From assembly GCA_002269645.1 (NCBI GenBank), contig NIVC01000324.1:1-64000 (forward strand): 64,000 nucleotides of DNA. The letters are read 5' to 3'. The notes beneath the pieces are model-generated. The model was given only the letters and a program-made list of their open reading frames with translations, made no database searches and was not told where the DNA came from. Source of the stretch: Macrostomum lignano (taxonomy: Eukaryota). The position numbers were made by a program, and so were the translations under genes. Positions 11,590 to 40,461 of the stretch are shown here, piece by piece. The number at the start of each line of letters is the position of its first letter. Position 1 is the first letter of the stretch.

Positions 11590-12975
11590 TTTTGTCTGCC
11601 TGTCTATCTGTCTGCCTGCCTGTTTTAGTGTCAGTCTATCTTCGTTCTGCCTGTCTGTCTTAGTGTCTGTGTCTTAGTGTCTGTCTGTCTGTCTATCTAT
11701 CTTAGTGTCTGTCTGTCTTAGTGTCTGTCCGTCTGTCTGTCCGTCTGTCCGTCTGTCTGTCTATCTGTCTGCCTGCCTGTTTTAGTGTCAGTCTATCTTC
11801 GTTCTGCCTGTCTGTTTTAGTGTCTGTGTCTTAGTGTCTGTCTGTCTTAGTGTCTGTCTGTCTTAGTGTCTGTCTGTCTTAGTGTCTGTCTGTCTGTCTG
11901 CCTGTCTATCTGTCTGCCTGCCTGTTATAGTGTCAGTCTATCTTCGTTTCTGCCTGTCTATCTTAGTGTCTGTGTTTTAGTGTCTGTCTATCTTAGTGTC
12001 TGTGTCTTAGTGTCTGTCTGTCTTAGTGTCTGTCTGTCTCTCTGCCTGTCTATCTTAATGTCTGTCTGTCATAGTGTCTGTCTGTCTGTCTCTCTGCCTG
12101 TCTATCTTAATGTCTGTCTGTCTTAGTGTCTGTCTGTCTGTCTCTCTGCCTGTCTATCTGTTTGCCTGCCTGTTTTAGTGTCATTCTATCTTCGTTTCTG
12201 CCTGTCTATCTTAGTGTCTGTGTCTTAGTGTCTGTCTGTCTTAGTGTCTGTCTATCTTAATGTCTGTCTGTCTTAGTGTCTGTCTGTATGTCTGCCTGTC
12301 TATCTGTCTGCCTGCCTGTTATAGTGTCAGTCTATCTTCGTTTCTGCCTATCTATCTTAGTGTCAGTGTTTTAGTGTCTGTCTATCTTAGTGTCTGTGTC
12401 TTAGTGTCTGTCTGTCTTAGTGTCTGTCTGTCTCTCTGCCTGTCTATCTGTTTGCCTGCCTGTTGTAGTGTCATTCTATCTTCGTTTTTGCCTGTCTATC
12501 TTAGTGTCTGTGTCTTAGTGTCTGTCTGTCTTAGTGTCTGTCTATCTTAGTGTCTGTCTGTCTGTCTTAGTGTCTGTCTGTCTGTCTTAGTGTCTGTCTG
12601 TCTGTCTTAGTGTCTGTCTGTCTTAGTGTCTGTCTATCTTAGTATCTGTCTGTCTGTCTTAGTGTCTGTCTGTCTTAGTGTCTGTCTGTCTCTCTGCCTG
12701 TCTATCTGTTTGCCTGCCTGTTTTAGTGTCATTCTATCTTCGTTTTTGCCTGTCTATCTTAGTGTCTGTGTCTTAGTGTCTGTCTGTCTTAGTGTCTGTC
12801 TATCTTAGTGTCTGTCTGTCTGTCTTAGTGTCTGTCTATCTTAGTGTCTGTCTGTCTGTCTGCCTGTCTATCTGTCTGCCTGCCTGTTATAGTGTCAGTC
12901 TATCTTCGTTTTTGCCTGTCTATCTTAGTGTCTGTGTTTGTCTGCCTTCCTGCCTGTTTTAGTGTCTGTCTGTCT
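11590..12975. repeat. Compound (TCTG)n / TTAGTG microsatellite with higher-order repeat blocks
   Basis: The block ctgtctatctgtctgcctgcctgttttagtgtcagtctatcttcgtt recurs about 8 times among tcttagtgtctgtctg units. Confidence 0.95.
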
Positions 12976-13342
12976 TTCTATGCATTTCAAAGCATCGTGA
13001 CTCATTGCATTAGCGGTCTTCATTCGTTTCCAAGCTTTACTTTGATAAAAATTTGCAACTAGCTATACGCCCAAACTCATAAATCTGCACTTTAATCTGC
13101 AATATAACACGTTTTATCCACCTGGAAATCAGAAATTTTCAGTTTCTCTCCTTCCCCCACCGCGATTCCCTCTCAACTGATCTTCACTTCCCCGGCAATT
13201 CACCTCATCCCTACTGTATCCCGAACGGGCTACAGGATTGGTCAAATTTGCCGTCCCATCATGATATTTAGCATCTCCGCCTAGAGAACTCATCCAGCCA
13301 CTTTCAAATTGAACCTTGCCGCCTGCAATATCAGCCAGAGCC

Positions 13343-13963
13343 ATGTCTCCGACCGCAACTTTGGCGTCCGCAACTTGGCCAGTCTGTTTGGCACTCGTCA
13401 CCTCGGCTATCAGCGCGGGCGTACTGGTGGCAGCGGCTCTCTACTGCTGCCTCCGGGACACAAGTCGGTTCACCTGCTGCGGCGCTGAGTTTTACTTTGC
13501 CTCCGAACTGTCGTCCTGGAGCGACTACGACGAACCCGGATGTACATGTAGCAGCGGAATCGGTGACGCCGCTACCACATCCGGCAGCCACTATTCAACG
13601 CACTGTCGATATCAGCGTCAGGCTGCACTGTTGTCCTCACCGACAATGTTTCAGCAGCAGGGCGACAACTACAGCCTCAGGCTTCAACCGATGACCTCAT
13701 CGACTGTGATTAGTAACCACAGCAACGCGAGCTCACTACCTGTAACGCCTCGAACCGTGGATGAAACTCGAGTGCTGTTAGTACCCACGGTAGTCGAACT
13801 AGACGACGACGAAGAATGCGACGAGTTTGTTGATGGCGACAATGGAGCTTTGCAAACAGCTACTGTGTCGTCTCGGTTTGCTGCTCTGATCAATAGCGGA
13901 TCTAGTGGGTCAGCTGGACAGCGAATGGGAGCTGAAGCGCCTTGTAGACGAGAGTGTGTGTAG
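13343..13963 (+). CDS. Hypothetical single-pass membrane protein, 206 aa
   Basis: ATG at 13343. Hydrophobic stretch WPVCLALVTSAISAGVLVAAALYCCL, then Ser-rich and acidic segments. GC-rich island with coding-like composition. No recognisable family. Confidence 0.55.
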   Translation: MSPTATLASATWPVCLALVTSAISAGVLVAAALYCCLRDTSRFTCCGAEFYFASELSSWSDYDEPGCTCSSGIGDAATTSGSHYSTHCRYQRQAALLSSPTMFQQQGDNYSLRLQPMTSSTVISNHSNASSLPVTPRTVDETRVLLVPTVVELDDDEECDEFVDGDNGALQTATVSSRFAALINSGSSGSAGQRMGAEAPCRRECV

Positions 13964-14061
13964 CGATGTACGTTGAATAGTTGAAGAACGTTTTGCTGAC
14001 CAAGAATTGCGTAACCTGCTTTGAAATTTACTTACAGTACGCGTACTTTGATAGCAGCCTG

Positions 14062-15340
14062 TTGAAACGCACCGGAAGAGGGATTAGCAGTTCATTTAAA
14101 CACACCGAAAGAAGGATTAACAGTACATTTAAACACACCGGAAGAAGGATTAACAGTTCATTTAAACACACCGGAAGAAGGATTAACAGTTCATTTAAAC
14201 ACACCGGAAGAAGGATTAACAGTTCATTTAAACACACCGGAAGAGGGATTAACAGTTCATTTAAACACACCGGAAGAAGGATTAACAGTTCATTTAAACA
14301 CACCGGAAGAAGGATTAACAGTTCATTTAAACACACCGGAAGAAGGATTAACAGTTCATTGAAACACACCGGAAGAAGGATTAACAGTTCATTTAAACAC
14401 ACCGGAAGAAGGATTAACAGTTCATTTAAACACACCGGAAGAAGGATTAACAGTTCATTGAAACACACCGGAAGAAGGATTAACAGTTAATTGAAACACA
14501 CCGGAAGAAGGATTAACAGTTTATTTAAACACACCGGAAGAGGGATTAACAGTTTATTTAAACACACCGGAAGAAGGATTAACAGTTCATTTAAACACAC
14601 CGGAAGAAGGATTAACAGTTCATTTAAACACACCGGAAGAAGGATTAACAGTTCATTGAAACACACCGGAAGAAGGATTAACAGTTAATTTAAACACACT
14701 GGAAGAAGGATTAACAGTTCATTTAAATACACCGGAAGAAGGATTAACAGTTCATTGAAACACACCGGAAGAAGGATTAACAGTACATTGAAACACACCG
14801 GAAGAAGGACTAACAGTACATTTAAACACACCGGAAGAAGGATTAACAGTTCATTTAAACACACCGGAAGAAGGATTAACAGTTCATTTAAACACACCGA
14901 AAGAGGGATTAACAGTTCATTTAAACACACCGGAAGAAGGATTAACAGTTCATTTAAACACACCGGAAGAAGGATTAACAGTTCATTTAAACATACCGGA
15001 AGAAGGATTAACAGTTCATTTAAACACACCGGAAGAAGGATTAACAGTTCATTTAAACACACCGGAAGAAGGATTAGCAGTTCATTTAAACACACCGGAA
15101 GAAGGATTAACAGTTCATTTAAACACACCGGAAGAAGGATTAACAGTTCATTTAAACACACCGGAAGAAGGATTAGCAGTTCATTTAAACACACCGGAAG
15201 AAGGATTAACAGTTCATTTAAACATACCGGAAGAAGGATTAACAGTTCATTTAAACACACCAGAAGAAGGATTAACAGTTCATTTAAACACACCGGAAGA
15301 AGGATTAACAGTTTATTTAAACACACCGGAAGAGGGATTA
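14062..15340. repeat. 33-bp minisatellite, about 39 copies
   Basis: Unit ttaacagttcatttaaacacaccggaagaagga in direct tandem. Confidence 0.97.
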
Positions 15341-17124
15341 GGATATTTTTACAAATACAGTACCAATTTTTGTATTTTGTAACTGCATGTTCTATAAACA
15401 ATGAGTCTTATTTGTCTATAAAAAGTTTGCCTATTAAATACGAATAAATATATATATCTACAATAAGCTATATTGTAAAACAAATTAAGTTCATTCCTAA
15501 AATACACGCGAGCCGTTTTGATGTAAACTGTTTATCCGATTAACGTAGACAAATATATATTAATATTGTTATATTCTTTTTTATTAGTATATTTGGCTTT
15601 AATTCTTTAAAAATACAGAAAAATATCTACTAGAAGGCAGCAATTATAATCCAGTGAAAGCAAATTAATCACAAGAGTGGCAAAGAGACAGTTGAAGCGT
15701 TGCAAAGAGTTTCAAAAGAAGTCTTTTTATAGAAAAAATATTCGAGAACAACAGCTTCCGCGTACGTGACAAAACGAAGATTTTTAATTTGTAGCTTAGC
15801 AAAGACAAACAAAGCAAAACGATTTAACTTTTTCCGGCGTTAACTGCGACAGAAGAACAGGTTCTCACATGCAATTAACAAGGACTGCTCAAGTAAAAGT
15901 ACTTCATTATAACTCGATTGATATTCCTATAGAGCTTTTTGTTTAGAATAAAAATGTTTCATTATATTAGGCAAGTATACGAGTATATATAGGCCATACT
16001 TATGAGAAAGCTTACCTAGTTGCTAGTTATGCCATTTTATGACTTTCCGACACAGGAGAAGTACGTACAAGAGGAAATTAGCATATAGAATCCTAATTTT
16101 CTTTAAAACAGCTCTTCGAATATCAATAGAGTTATTATAAACGAAGCCACATCAGGAGATGCAGAAACATTGGGTCTGCCCTACTATCAAAGGCAATTAT
16201 AAATTTTGCGCTGTAAAAGATGGAAATCGCTATGATCTCCAAAATTTACTAATTGGTAATAATTGATATAACTGATTAATTGCATCAGTAACTAAATTGA
16301 AACAATTTTGGCTAAAAAAAATTAAAGTTAGCTAGAAAGCTTCAATAATGAAGACATTAAGGAGGTCAGGGAAACAACAAATCAGTTGACAACGCACATA
16401 AAACGTTTAATAAAGATGAGAACGCGATATTGAGAAGGGATTTGAAAACGAAGCTCTTAAATCTCCAAAAAAATATAGAAAAAGCGTCTTCAACTGAAAT
16501 TTTATCAAGTAGGATCGAGTGTTGAGTGCTAGCTAACTTCCTAAATCCTAACCCACAGAGGCATCAAGTCAGATTAACGCCCATCTCAAGTCTCGGGCAC
16601 AATTAGCAATTCAAGACTCCTCATGGGAACAGAAAAATCCTGGCGCCTAATCAGTGCGACATGAAAATCAATTCTAGATCTTATAGCTGACACTTTTTCA
16701 GGGGGGATATTTCAGCGCTTCTATAGTGGATTAAAAATTTTCATTCCAACACGAAATTAATTTGACACACAACAGACGGTTTGGTAAACGTGCGCTCGCG
16801 CTTACTACAAGTAGCATTTACAGGTAGCTAAAGTTATCTTGTATAAAAAATACAGTTTAAAGTATAAAAAATAAAGAGAATTTTATGACTCAATGGGTAA
16901 AAATTCTTAATATCTCACTCTCCATTCAACCCGAATGCTTGGTAAGTATTATAGTGTCGGTTTTGGGGGCGTTAGAGCTTCTGTAGAAAGTATTTACATG
17001 TAACCAGGCTGATCAACAAGCCTATAAGTTCTATAAATCTAAATCTAAGAAGTATTAATTTAGCAACCAATTTTCACCTATCTAAATATACCCTTTTTGC
17101 AGCATATATTGTTATACTGTAAAG

Positions 17125-17280
17125 AGACGAGAGAGGAGAGAGAGAGAGCAGAGATGAGAGAAAAGAGATGAGATAAAAAGAAAATTGATAAAAGAGGAGA
17201 GAAGAGAGAGAGAATACAAGAGGATAAATAAGATGAGAAAAGAAAATCCGAGAGGAAAGAGGAGAAAGGAGAGAAGTTTC
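17125..17280. repeat. Purine-rich (AG) low-complexity tract
   Basis: Runs of gagagaggagagagagag and aagaaa. Confidence 0.8.
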
Positions 17281-17697
17281 AAAGAAGCCCACATGCTTAA
17301 GACAGACATTTAGAGAGATTCATTCTGCGTGGCGGCACCCCAGCTGACCAGATCAATGCTTGGCTCAAATCTTAATTTAACACGAATTTACTCCATTTTT
17401 CAAACCTCTATATCTTAAATATTGACAAGTTTTTGTTTGAGTATTAGTATGACTTCAAAATAAAGAATTTTTGCAAAAATAGGTCCGGGGATCGGAATTC
17501 TGCGGGTTTAAAATCCGCGGTTTTCAACAGCTTATACTTTAATATGAAGCACTTATTATTTATTCACCATTTTTTGTTAAACCAGGTGCCAAAGCGCCCC
17601 GCAATGCAAAACACTGGCTAGCTACAGCTAGCCTGGTCTAAAGCATCTCAAGTTTTATATATCGGTGCTTTTCGTTTACCGAGCTTTCTTCAACGTT

Positions 17698-33569
<15,872 letters not shown>

Positions 33570-34849
33570 GACCACTGCGTCTATGTGCGAGGTCTAATGA
33601 CTTTATAGAGTGAGTGAAAGTGTCCGGAAGGAACCACTAAACAGTCTGCACGGATACTACGACAAAGGATGCGGCTTAACTTATCAGTAATAGATTTCTA
33701 GTCCTAAGAGCTCTCACCCCCTGCTCTGATCCGAATTGGCTGGCCGCAGAGCCGAAATCCCCCAGCCACTCAGCAATAATTAGTAATTGGGGGATAATTC
33801 CTGCCGTCTCCACCCCGCGTCCCCCTTCCAGTTTCCCTGCCGGGCCACACTCAGCAAATCAGCTTTGCAGAAAGAGAATGGCTGGTTACTATGGACGACA
33901 ACAACGAATGAATGGTAAAAAAGAGACTGGAAGAGTGAATAGAGATGCGTAGAGGCAGAGGCAGGGGGAGGTACTTGGCTTAGTGGAAGGACAAACCAGC
34001 TGAAGTGCCCGGTTGGCTTGCAGGTCTGACTCTCGCCCACACGCCCCAGCAGTAAGATTCTAAGCTTCTTTTGTGTCCGCGAACTGCAGCAGCTGTCTCC
34101 AGCGGCTGGGAGCAGCAGCAGTCGCTATTGTCACGGGTCGGGCCTGCAGCTGTGGAAAAAAGCATGCAGTCATACACAGCATTACATGTGTATCTGTCAG
34201 TCTTGCAGCTTTCGCCCCGCAGCGGTACCGCTATCTATTCGTCTATGGATGCCACGCAAGGATGAACCCTTAGGCAGGGAATATCTCGATGAAAAAGTTG
34301 AGGCCCTCATGGAATCCTTGTAGAAAAGATCTTTACTATCTATAGTTTACTTTTTTCGATTCATTCACATTGAGTCTTGAAAGGCTTTGTCAATTTTTTG
34401 GCTTTGCGGGCTTTGTCTTCAAACATTGCTGGCTCCCATGGCAAAGAAATAACAAATAGACGACTACTTCGTTAATTCAGTATCGGAAATGTCTATTGAA
34501 ATGTTCAACAACAGCATCGGCAGGGAGCAAGAGAGCATTTAAAAGATCTATTTTTAAAATCACTCTTCAATTTGCACAATGCGTTCAATTTTTCATTAAA
34601 TAGAAAGCTCAATTAGGAGACCAATTTAAATGTCGCTGGTCCGGAAACAACCAAGTTGCAAGCTCGTAAAAAAGTAGTCGATAAGTTGCTGCTCAACAAA
34701 ATGACAGCGTTAGGTTAGTAGTATATTTAGATTCAAATTTGTTGCTTAATTCAAACCTATAAGCGGAAGGCGTCTTGCATTGTCTAATGGAATAAAAAAC
34801 TTTAAAGGCCATAACATTAGTTACTTAAGTTAGTTAGAGGCAGTGAGCT

Positions 34850-35122
34850 GTGTGCACTCTGGCGCACTTTAAGCGACATTGTCTCACAACCGGCGGAAGG
34901 CATTACTCATGCCCATTCCACCGACTGCCCTTGAGCAGTCATACGCACAGGCACACACTCACACAGGAGTTTACAGCGGCCCTGACTTTGTTTATCGTTA
35001 GGCATGTACAATTTACTGTGCCTTGGGGGTTGACCCTCAATGGCGTCAATTTGCACGAGCAGAGCCAAGCCGAAATTCCAATTTAGGCCCAAATTAATGC
35101 GACTGCCACTTGGGATCGAGCC
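34850..35122 (-). mobile_element. Interspersed SINE-like repeat family X, copy 3
   Basis: Reverse-complement match to 25826-26130, beginning at gggctcgatcccaagtg. Confidence 0.75.
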
Positions 35123-35171
35123 CGATGTTATACTTTCGGATATCCGTGTCTTGTGTTATCCGCCCAGATAG

Positions 35172-35972
35172 TACAAGTGCTTTCTGATCCCCCCTGGACA
35201 TTGCAAGTGCTTTCTGATCTCCCCCCTGGACATTGCAAGTGCTTTCTGATCTCCCCCTGGACATTGCAAGTGCTTTCTGATCTCCCTCTGGACATTGCAA
35301 GTGCTTTCTGATCTCCCTCTGGACATTGCAAGTGCTTTCTGATCTCCCCCCTGGACATTGCAAGTGCTTTCTGATCTCCCCTTGGACATTGCAAGTGCTT
35401 TCTGATCTCCCCTGGACATTGCAAGTGCTTTCTGATCTCCCCCTGGACATTGCAAGTGCTTTCTGATCTCCCCTTGGACATTGCAAGTGCTTTCTGATCT
35501 CCCTCTGGACATTGCAAGTGCTTTCTGATCTCCCCCTGGACGTTGCAAGTGCTTTCTGATCTCCCCTTGGACATTGCAAGTGCTTTCTGATCTCCCCCTG
35601 GACATTGCAAGTGCTTTCTGATCTCCCCTGGACATTGCAAGTGCTTTCTGATCTCCCTCTGGACATTGTAAGTGCTTTCTGATCTCCCCCTGGACGTTGC
35701 AAGTGCTTTCTGATCTCCCCTTGGACATTGCAAGTGCTTTCTGATCTCCCCCTGGACATTGCAAGTGCTTTCTGATCTCCCCCTGGACATTGCAAGTGCT
35801 TTCTGATCTCCCCTTGGACATTGCAAGTGCTTTCTGATCTCCCCCTGGACATTGCAAGTGCTTTCTGATCTCCCCCTGGACATTGCAAGTGCTTTCTGAT
35901 CTCCCCTTGGACATTGCAAGTGCTTTCTGATCTCCCCCTGGACATTGCAAGTGCTTTCTGATCTCCACCTGG
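35172..35972. repeat. 30/31-bp minisatellite, about 26 copies
   Basis: Unit ggacattgcaagtgctttctgatctc(c)nt with a variable C run. Confidence 0.97.
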
Positions 35973-36779
35973 ACACCCGGATGTTTCAAGCGTCTTAAAG
36001 TATCCGGTCCGGGTAGCTCAAGCTGCTTTACGTTCTCAGGGGTGCTTGCAGTCTCCCCGGAAGTCACAAGCTAAGTTGAAACATCCTGCCGAAAAACTAA
36101 GGTTTGTTTTGAGATATGCGGATTGTGATTTCCGGGTCAAAGAACGATAATGTACTAAAACGATTAGTCTTGGAACAAAAAGATTAAGTGAAAGTGCTTC
36201 AAGGATGTAAAATTACTGAGTTAGGAAATTTTTTAATGTTTCTATAGACCCCATGCCTCTATCAAAGTTTAGGTTAAAAATCGATCCCCACATGAAGAAT
36301 CTCGCCACCCTAAAACCCCCATTCCCCATGTCCCGGTGGGTGGCTTTAAGTAAGTTTTCGCTGTAAAATCGCACAGTAAAGAGGCCAGTGGTGCTCTTCA
36401 TTCCCATTTAACATGACTCGACGTGCAGTGTTTTGATCTTTTCCCTGACTTCATCCTCCGTAAAAAGCACACGCCGCTGATGTTCTGGGCGCCTTTTCTT
36501 GCAGCAGCTCCAGTTTCTCACTTTTTAGAACAATTGACCGTCTTGGAAGAAAAGCCTTTATACTTTCTCTGGAATTTTGCGCTTCAAATTGTCCCTCACT
36601 TTTGCCGGCAAGTCTCCGGGAATTTTGACGTACTCGTTCAGTACGAGCCCGTAAAAGAACACTTGGTTTAGACTCGCCTGTCATGTCTGTCCCCACTTGA
36701 AACTGCAAGTACCTCAGTCACGCTTTGCAGCCTTCTAAATTCTTAATTTAATAGCTTTTAAAATACTAGAGCATCAGTG

Positions 36780-37090
36780 AGAATGAATTGTATACATTGC
36801 GCAATTACACCGACAACTCATCTAGAGCTGTGTGGGCCGTGTGAGTCCCTGCACATGCAACCAGTAATTCTTTGGCAGAGTTGTAGCCTCGTGTCTGTAC
36901 ACCGCTCATGTACATTTTTACCCCCCAGAGTTCTCAAATCAAGGAAAACGCAAGGCACGACTGTTATGATATGCCTTGCATTGTCCGGGACTGGAGATCG
37001 CAAAGCAAAGTCACATTTGTCTTGCGATCTCCGGCCGCTGGCACACCAGAGCGCCGCTCTGGACCATCTAGTCTACGACACCCCACTACG
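36780..37090 (-). mobile_element. Possible tRNA-derived SINE containing an internal hairpin
   Basis: The minus strand starts ggggtgtcgtagactagatggtccagagcggcgc (A-box-like) and contains an 11-bp perfect inverted repeat at 36993-37032. Only one copy in the window. Confidence 0.3.
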
Positions 37091-38011
37091 TCACGCCTAA
37101 ATGTGTGTTTCTTATCCTTTTTAAGTCTCAAATTGAAGATACCAACAATGAAAAAAGCGATTTCAAACAAACTTATAATATTTGCACATATTATCCTCTG
37201 ATACCATAAATCGTGCTTTCTTTTCGCTTCTTAAAATCAAATTGATATGTTAAATTGAATTCTCTGTATCGCAACTTGCTACTGTAAGTAGCGGAGCAAT
37301 TGCGCATTGGCGCCCTGTCTTGCAGTTGGCAGCAGAACTCAGCATGTTTCAGAAACGTTCAATAGAAGGAAGAATTGACACAGATAGAGAAGCAGTCTGT
37401 ACAGCTCTACCTAACGTGAGCATCTGCTGCAGGTGGACCTGCAGGTGAGGCGATATGCCTGCATATAAAACGGTCGCATGCGGGGAAGGAAATAGAGCGA
37501 GCTGGGCAGAGAGGGTGGAGAGAGACGAAGCAAATTAAAAGCCAAGATGAAAAAGAAGCAGCAGCGTTTTTTTAAAAATGCAGCCAGCGAGAAACTCACT
37601 CGCGTTGTCATGGAGACGCCGCGTTCGATCAATGCATTGCTGAGGGGGGGGGGGCAGGTGGAGCCTTACTTGCCAAGCCTAGAGCGTACTCTCTTCCTTC
37701 ACCTGCCCGCGATTCCTACCAGTCCTCTCTTACCTTCACTCTGGATGCTCTCTAGCCAGGGTTGCCATGGCTTGGTAAGGTCTGCGCACAGCACAGCCCC
37801 CTGGTGCTCATCATTCATTAACTCCATGCGAATACAGTGCGACGCTACCTTTCATAGTGAAAGCAGAACAGAATAATACACATAGTGCAGTGGCATTGAA
37901 TTCTTCGGCACAATTTTGCTGCACATTTTTCTGCGCACAACGGCCGACCTCCCCTCCTTAGCTTCTCTTGCCCAGCACTGTGCAAAGTGTCCACGAATTA
38001 AAAATAAAAAA

Positions 38012-39649
38012 ATGACTGACGACCAGCGGGTGTTCGGAGACGGCAGCGCTACAAGCCGAAGCAGAGTGTGCACATTTCACTATCTGGTGGGTAGCTCACA
38101 GCAGAAGCAGCCGCAACAATTGGAAAGTAAGCAGCAGCAGCAACAACAGCCGCAGCAGCAGCATTCTGACGCGCTAAGGATGCCTTCCAACCGAGACATG
38201 CCCTCTTTCGAGGAGTGGAAACGCCGTCGAGCCAATCGTCCGTTCGGTCAAGAAGTGGTGCTGCTTGAGCTCGATCCAAAGGAGGAGCTGGCCAGAAAGA
38301 AGCAGCGAGACCAGCGCTTGATGTCGCTGATGCAACCGGAGGAGCAAGAAAGGTTCTACACCTACCTGGATCATTACGACCGACTGCAGGCTAAAGTTGA
38401 GCGCGACCGTGAAGAACGCGAGCGGGCAAAAGCCGAAGCCGCCAGGGAGGCCTCTGCAAAGGCGGCGGCGCGGAAAAAGGAGCAGCACAAACTGCACAAG
38501 CGTCTAGACAAGGTGGACCTCGCCACCGACTCGCAGTTCGTCGCCGACGTAGCCAAATCAAAGTACTACCGGCTGGTGCAGCGCGAGCAGAAACAGCAGT
38601 TTAGATCGCGCGACGATCACGACCAATTCTGGTTGGGCGAGCTTCAAACCAAAGGACTGCTGCGGCCTACGGAGACGTCGGCGCTTGGACGACGGCAGCG
38701 CAGACACATGACTGGTGCCGCCGGTGCCGGTTCGGGTGCACACTCTGCAGCTGGAGATGATCTGCTACAAGCGGACGATCAAGAGTTGCATCCCACGTTG
38801 CACTGGGAAAGAACGGACGATACGCTCCAGCTGGGCGCGAGCCGAAACGCTGCTGGTGCTCGCAGCGGCGGCGGATTTCATAGCATGTCGCGCGCTCAGC
38901 AGAACCGCATGCTCGATGAGCTATTCCCACGAGCTGAGCGGCCCAAGCTCAGCAGCTTTAACGTTGACTTCACCAAGAAAGAGGAAAAATCAGCCGACGA
39001 ATTGGAACTTGAACGCCTGAAGGAGCGCCGACGCAAGCGGCTGGACGAGTGGCGCGAGCATCGGCACATGCAGCAGATGGCTGTCACGTTCGGTGTAGCC
39101 ACTCGACGCATTCTGGACGAGCGACCAGTCCGCGATTCCGCCGATCGGCTCATGGATGAGGCCGAGGCGGACCTTGGCCAGCTGTTCGGCGGAGCGCTCG
39201 AGAGGGCTCGCCGTCGGGAGCAGCTCGAGTTGGAGTCACGACGAGGGGGCGACGGCGAGCTTGACCTGACAGATCCCCGCCTATTGCAATCGTGGCGTCG
39301 GAATCCGGCCGGAGAGCGACGACGAAAACAGCTGCGCGGCGTCGACGGAAGCTCGTCAACGTCGACTTTCTCCAGCGCCCAGCGCCCAGGCAAGCGGCCG
39401 CTGACAACGCCGGCAACGGAGACCTACAACGACGATGACGACTACGACGAAGCGGGCTATCACGATCGGCGAAGGACTCAACGACCGATGCTTTCGTTGG
39501 CTGACGCGCACAAAGAGCTGCCGCACATCGAGGCCAAAGGTCAGAGCACCCTGTGGAACAATTATATGGGCGCCGGCAATGTTCGCTTTGCTCCGCTCGA
39601 TGATGACGCCTGGTATCGAGAGGCGACAACAGCTGCGGTCACCAGCTAG
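38012..39649 (+). CDS. Hypothetical charged coiled-coil protein, 545 aa, single coding exon
   Basis: ORF of 1.6 kb in a GC-rich island; ATG at 38012 after an A-rich leader; polyQ and several E/K/R-rich helical segments. No recognisable family. Confidence 0.8.
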   Translation: MTDDQRVFGDGSATSRSRVCTFHYLVGSSQQKQPQQLESKQQQQQQPQQQHSDALRMPSNRDMPSFEEWKRRRANRPFGQEVVLLELDPKEELARKKQRDQRLMSLMQPEEQERFYTYLDHYDRLQAKVERDREERERAKAEAAREASAKAAARKKEQHKLHKRLDKVDLATDSQFVADVAKSKYYRLVQREQKQQFRSRDDHDQFWLGELQTKGLLRPTETSALGRRQRRHMTGAAGAGSGAHSAAGDDLLQADDQELHPTLHWERTDDTLQLGASRNAAGARSGGGFHSMSRAQQNRMLDELFPRAERPKLSSFNVDFTKKEEKSADELELERLKERRRKRLDEWREHRHMQQMAVTFGVATRRILDERPVRDSADRLMDEAEADLGQLFGGALERARRREQLELESRRGGDGELDLTDPRLLQSWRRNPAGERRRKQLRGVDGSSSTSTFSSAQRPGKRPLTTPATETYNDDDDYDEAGYHDRRRTQRPMLSLADAHKELPHIEAKGQSTLWNNYMGAGNVRFAPLDDDAWYREATTAAVTS

Positions 39650-40154
39650 GCCTTTTATACTGCAGCATTTCGAATTCTGAGTCTTTGCTTGTGAATTGCC
39701 GGTTTCGTTATGCTATGATCGTTTCTAATATTTTTCTACTTTACAGCTGATTGCAACATGACGATATTGTTCAGAACTGTAACGCTTATTTATCTTTTAT
39801 GTAAATTAAATTTCGGAAAATTATATTAACTTACATAACTAAGTTTTGTGTTTATGAGTATTTATATCGGCTTAAGATTATGGATTTAACAAAATAATTA
39901 ATGTTGCTCTTTTCAATAAAAAAGAAAAAGAAGAGCAAATTTGTAGCAAATCAAAAATTTATTTTTTTTATTTTTATAACAAAATAAATTAGCAATGCTC
40001 ATAAGTTTCCAGCGATTCTTGGTGGAAATTTTGACAAAACAGGGCTCAGTGTGTGATACGCGAAGAACGCGCAGTGCTAAATTATAACAAACAAATGATT
40101 TTTTTGATCCAAGGCATAAGCGTCTAGCGAACATCAAAACAGGTACATCACGTA

Positions 40155-40372
40155 TAGCTCGATTCCAAGTGCAGTCGCGTTAATTTGGGGCACAATTGGA
40201 ATCTCGTGCAATTAATGGTCTTGAGGACCAACCCCCAAGGCGCAGTGAAGTGTACATGCCTAACGATAAATTAAGTCCGGGCCTCTGTACATTCCTGTGT
40301 GAGTGTGTGCCTGTGCGTATGTCTGCTCAGGGGGAGTCGGCGGGATGGGCAGTAATGCCTCTCGACGCGCGG
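40155..40372 (+). mobile_element. Interspersed SINE-like repeat family X, copy 4
   Basis: gctcgattccaagtgcagtcgcgttaatttgggg...aacccccaaggcgcagtgaagtgtacatgcctaacgataaa...gggcagtaatgcctctcg matches 25826-26075. Confidence 0.75.
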
Positions 40373-40461
40373 TTTTATAACAATGCTTGACAGCTTGACA
40401 ATGAGCTTTATTAAGAAAATAGAGTGCTAATTCGAATTCGAATTTACATGATAAAGAGGGC

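Noticed and set aside
11866-13062. ORFs rich in SVCL
   Set aside because: Translations of the (TCTG)n compound microsatellite.
13981-15447. Long ORFs (FKHTGRRINSS)n on + and (LLILLPVCLNE)n on -, the latter superficially LRR-like
   Set aside because: They arise from a 33-bp (multiple of 3) minisatellite that is open on both strands; no unique coding context and no true LxxLxLxxN motif.
15700-16520. AT-rich stretch with protein-like fragments, possibly a DNA transposase relic
   Set aside because: No catalytic motif or termini could be recognised with confidence.
35094-36067. Three overlapping about 280-300 aa Cys/His-containing ORFs, and a possible CRISPR array
   Set aside because: A 30/31-bp tandem repeat with no spacers; frames switch with poly-C length. 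The context is eukaryotic.
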